Source of the DNA: Octopus sinensis
Lineage: Eukaryota
Direction: 5' to 3'
DNA length: 64,000 bases
Assembly: GCF_006345805.1 (NCBI RefSeq)
Contig: NC_043000.1
Location: 49,414,001-49,478,000, forward strand
Shown here: piece by piece, positions 1 through 12,614 of the stretch
Layout: each line of letters opens with the position of its first letter
Position numbering within the stretch: position 1 is the first letter of the stretch
Notes under the pieces: model-generated
What the model saw: only the letters and a program-made list of their open reading frames with translations
The model's database searches: none
What the model was told of the DNA's origin: nothing
Position numbers and translations under genes: made by a program

Positions 1-141
1 TAGCCCCAGGAGATCATCATCTCCAGCTGGCTTTAGGCACACTATCTGTGCCCTTACGGTATTTGCAAAGGGAGGTCATATACCATAAGGGCACAGATAG
101 TGTGCCTAAAGCCAGCTGGAGACGATGATCTCCTGGGGCTA
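1..141. mobile_element. Fold-back palindrome A (56-bp arms; left arm may extend beyond the window edge)
   Basis: 1-56 is the reverse complement of 86-141 with 1 mismatch, around a ~29-nt spacer. Confidence 0.85.
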
Positions 142-252
142 AAAGCTATAGTAACACCCACTCTTTGTGGTTAGCCATATTGAGATGGCTATTATACTTT
201 ACGTTGTCGAGCGGTTACTGTTTACATCTCGTCCAGAGATTTATTATTGCTA

Positions 253-294
<42 letters not shown>

Positions 295-397
295 GAATAG
301 ATAGATAGATAGATAGATAAAGTTGTTCATCACTTTTTCAGTCTGTGGAGAAATGGTTAAAATTTACCGTCTATAATTATACCATATGTTGTATATG

Positions 398-463
<66 letters not shown>

Positions 464-2700
464 AAAAGTAACAAAGTTACTCAAGGGCCAACAAGAGTTT
501 CATGCATTAGTCAAACTAGTGACAAATCAAGGAAGTAGTTTGATAAATGCTTGCACACGATACTCTGAGGCATTGAGTTACTCTGTTACACACAACAAAT
601 TCTTTCAGTTTCCATCTATCATATCTTCTCACAAGGTCTTGTACTAGAGCAGATGGCACTTTCTTAATATATCTTAAATAATTTAAATGCCATGTATAGA
701 ATTCAAATTCGACTGTCAGACAAATTGCTCTTTTCTCTTCCTGAGATAATGAAATAAAGCTCTACTAATATACTTATATCATTTCCATTGAAAATATCTC
801 AGAAAACAAAATTTACTTTCTACATAATCTAAGGAAATCTGTATATGTAATCTAATGTTATCTAAAACAGATGCTACATAGTCACAATATATTTAATGTA
901 TTCCTATAAATATATATATAAAACGTGTGTGTGTGTGTGTAAATATATATAGTCAATCTAAATAAACAAGCAATTCAGATAAATGAATAAAATTAATGGA
1001 GAGCATGAGGACAAGCACAAGGTATGTATTAGCTCTATGCTTGGGGAAAAGAGAGAGTTTGACGTTTTGAGCATAGCTCTTCCTCGGAAAGGAGAAAGGG
1101 AAAAGTCGAAAAAAGGTGATTTCTTTATCACCAACACCGCATGTGTAGTTACATTGCTGAAGTAAGTTTATGTGTGTGTGTGTGTGTATGTGTGTATAGA
1201 TAGACTGATATTTCAACTAGAATATCATTATCATCATTTGGTGTCGAGGTAGATTTTTGTACCAGGTGCTCTTCCTGTCACAAACACTTGCCTGTTTCCA
1301 AGCAAGATAATGTTTCCCATGACCACACATTTTTTTTCTACTGGAGACCAGAAACAAATGACTTTGCATGTATGATTAAAATGTTCGTTTACAGCTTTCA
1401 CATGATTCACAGCAAGGTTACACACAACCACATATACATACAATCATGCATACATATGTACACACACACACACACAAACGATGGGCCTCTTTCAGTCACT
1501 GTCAACTAAATATTTTCACAACACTGTGGTCAGACCAGAGCCATAGAAAACACTGCCCAAGGTACCATACAGTAGGATTGAACATGAGACCACATCATTG
1601 GGAGACATGCTTCTTAATCACACTGGTGAACAAAAATCTAAATACTCCGTTTATGACATTAGATTAACTGGTCATATGATATAAAGCTTGTGAATGGATA
1701 AAGAATTAGAAAATTCTTTCCTGCAGTTAAAATGTGGTAACATAGTTCTTTATAGAACAGCCATGTTATAGTGGCAAAAAAAGTATTACCGTCTAGTATT
1801 GTTCCTAGTTACTGAGTTACTCAGTTACACACAACGAATTCTTTCAGCCATGTTATAGTGTTATTTTAGAACTTTGCTTATTTCAAGATCTACAACTGTC
1901 TGCAGCTTCTCTGTTCATATACTGTAAATAGGGACAATTGACTGCTGTCTCTAGCAGGCAGGTGTCCAGTACCAATGAAGAGTAAAGACTCAGAAACCAT
2001 GATCTACTGGTCTTGCCAAGCTGGTGGGAGTGATTCAGTCCCTTACTCACAATATGCCGAACACAGATTGTGTGTCATTAACCAGCTGGAAAAGACGTTT
2101 TCCCGGGGTTAAAATGTAGTTACATGGTTCTTTATTGAACAGCCATGTTATAGTAGCAAAAATACATTACCGTCTCGAATTCTTACTACTACTCATATCT
2201 CGTTTAGAGATTTTAGAACTAGCTATTTTGCTCATAATTAGAAAATTATTATCTTCAGGGCTTCGTATCAACCAACATCAGGTAATAATGACTTCAAAAT
2301 TTACATATAGTAATATAGCTTAATATTCTATATAGATCAATCATAGTAATGTTGTGATGTGATATTTTCCTAATACTTCAGTTCATTATTTCTTTCTTAA
2401 TGTTTCCAGCAACATTAGTCTTTTAAATGCAAATAACACATTTTAGTTATTTCCTTGCTAAAATGGTTGAGTAGACCAATTGTTATATCTTTAATTCATA
2501 TCAAGTATTGTATAATAATATCAAAACTATGCAAAATATTAATATGTAGGGTTATGAAAGCAGCAGCTGCAAGGAAAACTTTTGAAGTCTTAACTGATCA
2601 AATCTTAAAAGCAAACAGGAATAATATTTCATCCAATTGAAAAAGTGGGGTTTTTTAAATTAAAATTTTACAGATACACATAAGCATATATATATATATA

Positions 2701-2930
2701 TTTCTTTACTACCCACAAGTGGCTAAACACAGAGGGGACAAACAAGGACAGACAAAGGGATTAAGTTGATTACATCGACCCTAGTGCGTAACTGGTACTT
2801 AATTTATCGACCCTGAAAGGATGAAAGGCAAAGTCGACCTCGGCAGAATTTGAACTCGGAACGTAACGACAGACAAAATACAGCTACACATTTCGCCCAA
2901 TGTGCTAACGTTTCTGCCAGCTCGCTGCCT
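2701..2930 (-). mobile_element. SINE family S2 (ggcgagctggcagaaacgttagc... consensus)
   Basis: Highly similar copies at 9481-9710 (-), 9911-10140 (-) and 47449-47677 (+); degenerate copies near 7460-7670, 28323-28752 and 33000-33320; B-box-like gagttcaaat. Confidence 0.85.
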
Positions 2931-3008
2931 TAATATATATATATGTATATATATATATTACAGCAGTATTAAAACCAAGCAGTGTTCCGGCATAAGTGAA
3001 CTTTTGGC

Positions 3009-3379
3009 TAGTTAAAATGTTTGACATATTTCAACTTCTAAAGACAAATTCACTGCAGCTACCATGGAGAAAAAAGATTCTCACTTAAGGTAAAATGATG
3101 TAAAAACACCATACCTGTCCCGTGCTGCTCCCTCTCAGATTCTGTTATGTATTTCTAGTTCTGCAGTCATTATCAATGGGAAATACTGAAGAAAGGCAAC
3201 TCTGGACAGCTGTAACTTTAACTAAAAGACTAGAAATGCATCTGAGAATCAAACAGGGGGCAGCACTGGAGAGATATGGTAGTTCTATACCATTTTACTA
3301 TAAGAGAGAATTTTTTTCTTCATGGTAACTGCTGTGAATTTGCCTTTAGAAGTTGAAATATGTCACAAACTTTCAACTA
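3009..3379. mobile_element. Old fold-back palindrome C (~150-bp arms) with a hammerhead remnant at the apex
   Basis: 3009-3159 is an imperfect reverse complement of 3229-3379 (roughly 75-80% by eye). The spacer contains CTGAAGA...GGACAGCTGTA (3186-3214). Confidence 0.75.
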
Positions 3380-5892
3380 ACCTAAAATTTATATAGACAG
3401 ACAGATAGATAGATATTGCATCAATTTGTTAAAGTAGGTAAATTTTTTTTTTTTTTTTTTTTGTAAATTGATATATGCCAATGCATTTGTATTTATGACG
3501 TTACAGATGGAAAAACAAGCAATGTTGTGCCCTGACTCCAGACCATTTTAACTGAAGCATTGACTGATCACTCTCTAAATTAGAGTCTCTGATAATTTGT
3601 ACTTATGATGACAATGAAAGACTAGACTTTAAGATTCTGAGTTTTATACTCTTAAAGCATTTATTTATTGTATTAATCTAAGACATTTATTGTTCACCTC
3701 TAGATTAACTCTAATTGAGCAGGCATAATTTTAAGTTAGTAAAATTGATATGAGTATTTAATATTAGCCATAGAGATAAAATTTCTGAGTGGGCTATTCA
3801 CTAATAGATCATTATAATTACTGTATTTGTTTCATTGTGTCATAGAACATAACATTAACTGTATTTAACAACACATAAGACATTCTTTTCTATCTTTTAA
3901 TATAGCAAAAAATTGTCCTTTGTCTAATGCAGCGAAATTATGAATGGTCAACAGTGTGTTGTAGACCAGAGTGCTGGATATGCATAAGTGCACATGGCAC
4001 AACAGTTCTTTCTAATAATAAAATACTGAAAACCTGCCAAAACAGTACAGTCTGCTAGCACAAACTTCCAAGAAATTACATACAGTACATGAGACGAGAT
4101 CATATTATCTCATTATACTTCCTTCCTCAGCATACGTGTCCTATACTTGATATGTGTCTTAGATTATTTAAAGACTGTGTTACCTTTACAAAATATTGTT
4201 TTAGTTATCTGGAAGAAAAAAAATTCTCCTAGGAAGATGAAAGTAATGCTTAACTTTCATCCACTTGTCAATTATTTGCAACAAATCGATGACAAATGAA
4301 CAGTAGCAGTGGTACACCATCTTATAGGATGATCGCAGTAACTCAAAACATCTCAGCCAAAAGTATGAGTCTTACATCTTGTATGACAATTTTTTTGACC
4401 AAAATGAACATCTCTACAGTCAATCTGAATGAAGATAAAACTAAAATACAGTACCCATATAGCACTGTTTATATATGATAAAATTATAGTTTTATACTTT
4501 ATTCCACTATACTGTCACAGTATTGTATTTATATGCATAGACTCAAACATTTTCCTCTACAAAGCAACTTTGAAATATCTTTCAATGTTTGTATGAGGAA
4601 ACATAAATTTCTTTGGTTTTTTTTTGTTCCAAAAAATATACTTATAAAATCCAAATACACCTTATATTCCAGCAAATACTGTAACTAAGAGCTTGTGAAA
4701 GCCTGACATCTTTTCCATATATACGATCAGTCACTTAATATTAAATTTAAGGCTAAACAATATTTTTTTTTAGCAACATTCAGTAACTGAAGTTTTGGAA
4801 ACACAAACTTCATAATATTCCACTAAGAAGTAATAATATTGAATTAGAAGAGCAGGTCTTTGATGTGAACCCATCATTGTTAGATAATCAGAGAGGACGT
4901 CTTGTTTTGTATTTTCGGGGGGTGGGTGGGTCAGGATTCTGGTGTAACCCTATAGTGTAGGCTCATGGTGCAGTGGTTTCAATTCCTGGACTAGGCAATG
5001 TCTTGTGTTCTTGAGCAAAACACTTCCTTTCACATTGCTCCAGTCCACTCAGCTGGTAAAACTTAGTCATGCTGCAATAGACCCGTGTTCCATCCAGGGA
5101 GGAATATATACACAAGAGAAACCAGGGAAACTGGCACTATGCTCCTTATAGAGTAATGTAGACTACAAAACCCATCATATATGCACCTTCCCATTTAGAT
5201 AGTTGGCCAATCCCAAAACTAATGTATTGATGGAACCCATACCCTTACAAGCCCTGATTCTGGTCACTTCCCTCATGTCTTTTATCAAATTGTGAATACT
5301 TCTTGCAGAATCCATTCCACTGCGGGTATTTAAACCAAGTCTAAGGATTACGTCCTTCCACCAGCCTCATAGGCTCTGAAAACGGCTTTGAACTAACTGA
5401 GGTGTTTGAGCACAGGACAAAATGATAATATTTGTTCCAGCTCTCTGTCCTTCAAGTTCAAATCCTGCCAAGGTCTTCTTTCCTGTCCATCCTTTCTGGA
5501 TTGATAAAGTAAGATGAAATACCGATCCAGATCAATGTTTGGGTAGAAATGTTGCAGTGTCTTACACAATGCCTTGTGGCAAATTGTTCCTTATCTCTAT
5601 GTTCTTGATTTTGGGGTGCTAGATTTATTCTGTTACCCCCAACCGGTCCTAGAGTTCACTCTGCTGCAAGCTTTCAAGCCCGGTTCATAATTTGAGCATA
5701 CAATTTTTCCTTGCTCCTACCAGTCTTAGGGGCACTGAAAAAAAATAAAGGATCATAGGGTCTACTCTTCAATCTTTGACAAAAATAACACAAAATAAAA
5801 ACGAAAGAAAAAGAAAGATTTGGTGGACTCTACTTTTCTCCCTGTCACTGATTTTCCACAAATAAATAAATAATCATCTAAAACTAATTCGT

Positions 5893-6082
5893 TTTTGGAT
5901 TTGGTTTGCAAGATTCTTTATATGAGTTCGTGTGTTGAAGCATATTCTGTTGTGTCTGGGGAGAGTTATTTTCTTTTTGTGCCTTATAATGTAACACACT
6001 CACCAGTAAAATTTCCACTTATTTCTTATTTTTATTCTCCTACAATTTTCGTTGCGTCTTTCAACCTTTTCAACAGTTTTCT
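5893..6082 (-). mobile_element. 3' fragment of a non-LTR retroposon with a (CCAAAA/CCAAAT)n-like tail
   Basis: Similar (~85%) to the TSD-flanked insertion at 28477-28681; a related segment lies near 61185-61225 (+). Confidence 0.65.
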
Positions 6083-6252
6083 AAATAGTCATCTAAAATT
6101 ACATTTATCTGTTCTTCCTTTTTTATGACAGAACAGAAGTTTAAAGCAATTTAACCCCTTTTTTTTATAGAAGGGTGAATGATTACATAGAGGATATGCT
6201 CTCTCTTTGGTATTTATAGTAACATAAAGAAAGCAAGAATTTCTAAATTTGA

Positions 6253-6299
<47 letters not shown>

Positions 6300-6758
6300 T
6301 TTCTTTCCAAAATAAATAATCGATTTAATCAAACCAAGTATATGACGGGAATTTTGTCACTATTGATACCAAAAGGGGGAAAGGTAGCTCGGCATCGAAA
6401 AAGCAATAATAATAATCATAATAAATGTTCAGGATTATTTATAAAATTCATCATCTGAAAGATAAACGATATTTGAAGATGTTCAAGGGAAACAACTATG
6501 GCATACTTCTTTATTTGTTATGTCCCTTGTATATTAATTCCAAATTCCACTAATAAATTTTATCAGGTTATTTAATCAACAAAACATTATCATCCTTTGT
6601 ATTAGTGCTTTAGAATCTTAATTATATTTTTTATATATTAACATAATTTAAGGCTCTGTGAGATATATGTGTACATGTGTTTCTTTTATATAAAGATGTA
6701 CATATATATGTAGAACAATCTTACTTAGAAATGGATGCATGCATTCCGTCATATAAAA

Positions 6759-7143
6759 AATTAATAAATAAAACATATGCATATATACATACATATATGT
6801 ACGTACCTACCTCTACATCTATATATACATGCATATATGGGTACAGGACACCAAAAAAACGTCGAACACAATGAGAAACGAAAACATAAACAAAACCAAG
6901 GAACTGGACATTTTTCATGGCGACTGAAGAAGGGGGATTTTCCTTGTGTTATTTGTCCTGTACTCTATTTTTTCGTTGTTTAAGAAAAATGTCCAGTTCC
7001 TTGATTTTGTGTTTATGTTTTCGTTTCTCATTGTGTTTGACGTTTTTTTGGTGTCCTGTACCCATATATGCATGTATATATACATGTAGAGGTAGGTACA
7101 TACAGATATGTATGTATATATGCATATGTTTTACTTATTAATT
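6759..7143. mobile_element. Fold-back palindrome D (~158-bp arms, 67-nt spacer)
   Basis: 6759-6916 is the reverse complement of 6984-7143 with few mismatches. A non-palindromic copy of spacer plus right arm lies at ~61435-61670. Confidence 0.9.
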
Positions 7144-8012
7144 TATTACATATATATGTATATTTTCCTGTTCTTTCATCAGACTCAAGCAAGCATAGGA
7201 AAGTAGACATTAAGACAATAATGATGATAACGATCAATATAGTCATCTTCAGACTGATCTGAGTTCAAATTCTGCCTAGGTCAACATTGTTTTTCATCCT
7301 ATCAAGGTCAATAAAATAAGTACCAGTTGAGCAGTGGGGTCAATATAATCCAGGCCTTGAACATATAATAGAAAGGATTATTATTATGATTATTATTATA
7401 GTTATTATCATCATCATCATCATCATCATCATCATTATTATTATTATCATTAAGGCTGCAAGCAGGCAGAATCATTAGCATGCTGGGTAAAATGCTTAGC
7501 ACCATTTCAGTTGTCGTTATGTTCTGAGTTCAAATCACACCAAGGTTGACTTTGCCTTTCATCCCATTCAGAGTTGCTAGAATAGGTACCAGTAGAGCAC
7601 TGGGGTCGATGTAACAGACTTACTCCATACTCCAAAATTTCTGGCCTTGGGTCAAAATTTGAAATCCTTATTATTTTTATTATCATTATTACTTCTATTA
7701 TTAGGGTGGTCAAGATGTTGCACTCATGATCTAGCATTTGTAATTTCAGTTCCTAGACCAGGTAGTGCACTGTGTTCTTTGAGGAAGATCACTTTGTTTC
7801 ATGTTGCTCTGTGATCACTTCGACACCTGATGCATGGTACACCGGGCACCTGTTCAGGCAACCTGGATTTGATGGAAAGAGTAGCACAAACATTTGATCA
7901 CTATAAACAAATCATTTGTGCAGCTCATTTGGCAAAAGCCAAACAATCATGCATCATCTTCGACAGGAGAGTCCGTCATTATTATTATTATTATTAATAT
8001 TATTATTATTAT

Positions 8013-8565
8013 TGAGTGAGAGAGCAGTGCATGCCATCAAACTGACACTGGCGTAAACTATACGAAGCCCAGTATACCTATCATGACTACCCGTCTGGTA
8101 AGGGTACACCAGGCACATGCATCACAACCATATGTGCATGACATGGTGTTCTCATATCAAGATAAACAGCACATGATGTCGTAGGTGGGGCCCAGTTAGA
8201 ATTTTCTTCAGGTTGAGTAACCCATCTCACTCAAAAGGTCCCTGAATAAGGGTTGTTTAAGGATGTTGAACAAAACACCCATGTTTCCAAAGGTGAATTA
8301 TCCAAAACTCTAGGAATTCCTTTCAACACATGACTATGATGCTGCCCCACTTCTGCTCATGATCAGAGATGCACATATCTTCAGCCACTTAGGGACATGC
8401 TCAACTGGTTATGGTCAAACAACTGACAAGTAAATCTGTGGTATTGAGCAGGATATTTGCTGTAGCCCATCTTTTATACCAAGACAAAACAACGTACATG
8501 ATAACACTTCCAATCAGTTAAGATCAGCAGCCATGAGAGCCACTGTCTAGTACTGCATCAGGTCA
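8013..8565 (-). mobile_element. ~550-bp retroposon/SINE-like insertion with an (AAT)n tail
   Basis: GC-richer block flanked by (ATT)n tracts (7978-8012 and ~8565-8578), lying between two copies of another SINE (7710-7975 and 8580-8845). Confidence 0.55.
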
Positions 8566-10616
8566 TTATTATTATTATTCAGGTGGTCAGGGTGTTGCAC
8601 TCGTAATCTAGCAATCATGATTTCAATTCTTAGACCAGGCTGTGCGTTGTGTTCTTTGAGCAAAATCACTTTATCTCGTGTTTCTCTGTGATCACTTCGA
8701 CACCTGTTAGGAGAACATTGATCTGATGGAGAAGTGTGGAGTTAATGTGCAGCACGAACACTTGACCACTATAAATAAATCATTTGTGTAGCTACTTCAG
8801 TAAAAGCTGAACACACCCGTTGTCTTCAATGGAAGAGTCCATCATTATTATTAATTCAAGAACTACATAGGTGTACAACCTTAGCTTTTCATCTCTGTCT
8901 CACACAATATTATAGTCATTTGGTATTGCTACATCAATTGTTAGTACACAATTCTTATTAAAATTCAAGCCAGTTTTATTGCATGCATTCGGGCAGTCTG
9001 TATTGTTGCAATCATTGCTGTCGTAGTTGTATGTTCTTATGGACAGGAATTGAAAATTTAGTTCTCTCTCAACACATCTTTTATTATTCATTTTGCTGTT
9101 AAGTTTCAGCTGTTTTGCATCAACTTCCACCATTCTTTCCATTGCTTCGAAGTGGAATTGTGCCACGCCTTGAGTTTAATACTGATTCCTATTATTACGT
9201 TCTACAAATTTATATTAATAATGCAATTCAATTCAATAAAAATTCCTTTTCAGTACTAGAACATATAGATGTAAGTGTGTGTGTGTGTGTGTGTGCATGT
9301 ATGTAGGTGTGTGTGTGTGTGTGTGCATGTATGTAGGTATGTGTGTATGTATGTGTGTGCATATATGTATATATGTATCTCTGTGTATGTGTATGTAAAT
9401 GCATGTATGTGCATGTGTAAGCATATATGTATCTGTGTATGTGTATGTACACATATATATATGTGTGTGTGTGTGCGTGTATTTCTTTGCTGCCCACAGG
9501 GGCCTAAACATAGAAGGGACAAACAAGGATAGACAAAGGTTTTCAGTCAATTACATCGATCCCAGTGCTTAACTGGTACTTATTTAATTGACCCCAAAAG
9601 GATGAAAGGCAAAGTCGACCATGGCAGAATTTGAACTCAGAACGTAAACCTAGACAAAATACCACTAGGCATTTCACCCAGCGTGCAAACGATTCTGCCA
9701 ACTCACCGCCCTGATATATATATATATTAATATTAATATAGAATATAGTTTATTCAAATTCTTTTGTATAAATTCTATGGATAGTTGCAGACTTCCATAT
9801 GTATGTCCAGTAAAAGAAGTCCCACTGTATGATAACATCTGGTTGCCAATACCAAGAGAGGAGCTTTGGGAAGCAAGCTATAAAATTATAACCCAGATAT
9901 TATATATATATATTTCTTTACTGCCCACAAGGGACTAAACATAGAGGGGACAAACAAGGACAGACAAAGGGATTAAGTCGATTACATCGACCCCAGTGTG
10001 AAACTGGTACTTTATTTATCGACCCCAAAAGGATGAAAAGCAAAGTCGACCTCGGCGGAATTTGAACTCAGAACGTAACGACAGACGAAATACTGCTGAG
10101 CATTTCGCCGGTGCGCTAACATTTCTGCCAGCTCGCCACCTGACTGTGCAGTTAAGAAGTTTGCTTCTCCACCACATGGTTTCAGGTTCAGATCTCTTGC
10201 GTAGTACCTTGAGCATGTGTCATCTTCTGCTATAATGCTGGGGTAATGCTGACCAAAGGCTACTGATTGTATTTGGTTGGTGGAAACTGAAAGAAGCATG
10301 TTGTAATGATGGTATGTGTGTGTACACAAACACAGATGCAAATATATATAAATATACGCAAGCATATACATATATCCTTGTCCACACTCTCTCTCTCTCT
10401 TTCTCTCTTCTGTCTCTCTCCCTTTCTCTCTCTTTAACTAAACCTGTTTCAGAATGCAGGGCACATCTACATGTGACAATTTCACTGTGGCTATTATAAT
10501 ACATACATATCATACATACATACAAAGAAATAATTGAGATTCAGTTGAGTTAGGTACTTAAGTTGAAGCATCAGTCAGTCTGGTTTTATCCGCACAGCTC
10601 AAAGTAAAGTGAATAA

Positions 10617-10773
10617 AATCAAAATAAGCAACAGGCTATCAAGTAGTGATGCATTACAACCGTTTCAAGCCCTGCATTTAAACTGATGTAATGATTGCAT
10701 TGTTTAATTAAATGGAGCTGCTTGAAATGGTCTCACTGCATCACCTTTTGATATCCAGTTGCTTATTTTGATT
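10617..10773. repeat. Imperfect fold-back (~65-bp arms) adjacent to a hammerhead motif
   Basis: aatcaaaataagcaac..tatcaa..tgatgca..accgtttcaagc..catttaa pairs with ttaaatg..gcttgaaatggt..tgcatca..ttgata..gttgcttattttgatt. Confidence 0.75.
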
Positions 10774-10828
10774 ATATACATATTTATATATATATGTATG
10801 TATAAATAATAACACAGATGGATTGAGG

Positions 10829-10911
10829 TTCACTACAGCTGTTTCAGATGTGTTCTTTATTGATGAAAACTAAAGGTACATCATGCAAAACATGCATTTT
10901 CTTCAGGTGAA
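10829..10911 (-). ncRNA. Putative type I hammerhead ribozyme with canonical core and long loop II
   Basis: Minus strand: UUCAC-CUGAAGA-AAAUG-[~44 nt]-CAUCU-GAAAC-AGCU-GUA^GUGAA. Stem I is 5 bp and perfect, stem II is 4/5 bp, helix III is the palindrome ACAGCUGU. Confidence 0.6.
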
Positions 10912-11699
10912 TTACAAAAGTAGAACACAATGCAAGTTGACCCTACCATCTAGGTTAGAGCTGAGAGTGTAAATATATGTGGGTAGGTAGGTAGGTACGT
11001 GGGTAGGTAGGTCAGTTGGTACTGTACGTATGTGTGAAACAGAGGCATACCAAAGGAAGATGAGAGAAGCTAAACCAGCTTACTAGGAATGGATTGCTAA
11101 AACCAATTTAGTCCTTTTTCATCTGTAATATTATTGTATCCAGTTACAGATCATTATATCCAATATACATATATGAAACAGGAAACTGGAAATTATGGGT
11201 ATTATTTATTCACCATTACACATGTTTCATATGTTAATAGGAACTACAAAGTTTTCCATGTTAGATAGACATGTAAAGAATTTCCGATTAGAAATTCTTC
11301 AGTAAGAGAATATAATACATTATAAATTATACTATTTCTTTATCTGATGAATTTCTAATAGGAAGCTTACTACATGTATATTTAACCTGTAAAACTTTAT
11401 AAATCCTATTAGCAAACAAAACATATGTGATGATGAATACATAACACAGTAACATTTCTTATTGACTATTTTGTTATACAATGACTCTGCAAATAATATT
11501 TCCATAATTCTCAATTTTAATATGTATTTTCAACTAACATACAGCAGCAACTGAGACTACATATTGGACTGCAATTGAGACGACATATTGGATTGTAATA
11601 AGAGGAAACAGCTGGGATTTACCCTAACTACATATGATATATATGTTTTATTTTCAAAATCCAATATATGATATATGTATTTATATATATATATATATC

Positions 11700-11904
11700 T
11701 TTTACTTTTACTTGTTTCAGTCATTTGACTGCAGCTATGCTGGAGCACTGCCTTTAGTCAAACAAATTGACCCCAGGACTTATTCTTTGTAAGCCTAGTA
11801 CTTATTCTATTGGTCTCTTTTGCCAAACTGCTAAGTTACAGGGACATAAACACACTAACATTAGTTGTCAAGCAGTGGTGGTAGTGGTGGTGGGGACAAA
11901 CACA

Positions 11905-11944
<40 letters not shown>

Positions 11945-12117
11945 CATACATACGACGGGCTTCTTTTAGTTTCCATCTACCAAATCCACTCACAAGGCTT
12001 TGGTTGGCCTGAGGCTATAGCAGAAAACACTCGCCGAAGGTGCCAAGCAGTGGGACTGAACCCAGAGCCATGTGGTTGAGAAGCCAGCTTCTTACCATAC
12101 AACCACTCCTGCACCTA
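11700..12117 (-). mobile_element. SINE family S1 (tRNA-derived head, ccttgggcaagt core, internal AT/GT microsatellite, ~400 bp)
   Basis: Reverse complement of aggcgcaggagtggctgtgtggtaag...ggttcagtccc...aaatgactgaaacaagtaaaaga; at least 12 copies in the window. Confidence 0.9.
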
Positions 12118-12494
12118 TAACTTCTTATCATATATTCAAACTTGAGTCTGTGTGGGTCATAACACTGAATTGCTTGAGGATTTGGGAATAAAAAACCTGC
12201 AAGTTATGACCATGCCATGAATAAATACTATTCCACTTTTTCATGCAGCAAAGGGGATCTACTTTTGTTTATTTGCTTTTCACAAATAAGATACAATATG
12301 ATATAATCATTTCTGATAAATCATCTGTATGTAATGTAAATATGTATTTATCTATCTCCATATTAATTTTGGCATAAACAGTGCTTGAATTAACAATGCA
12401 AAGTTACTTATAGTTGCATGTTTGTCACAAATTCAGTCATCAGTAATCCACAAAAGCAAAGCATCACAGGTGTGTGCATGAGTGTGTGTGTGTG

Positions 12495-12534
<40 letters not shown>

Positions 12535-12614
12535 ATACTTGACTGCATTTACTATTATTATAAGCCACCTTCCAGTGTTCTATATATTTTAGTATCTGCA
12601 TGTTATATACTGTG

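Noticed and set aside
3054-3268. Plus-strand exons (MEKKDSHL|gtaaaa and SLSMGNTEERQ...ERY|gtagtt)
   Set aside because: Both lie within the arms and apex of fold-back palindrome C, so the signals are better explained by the repeat.
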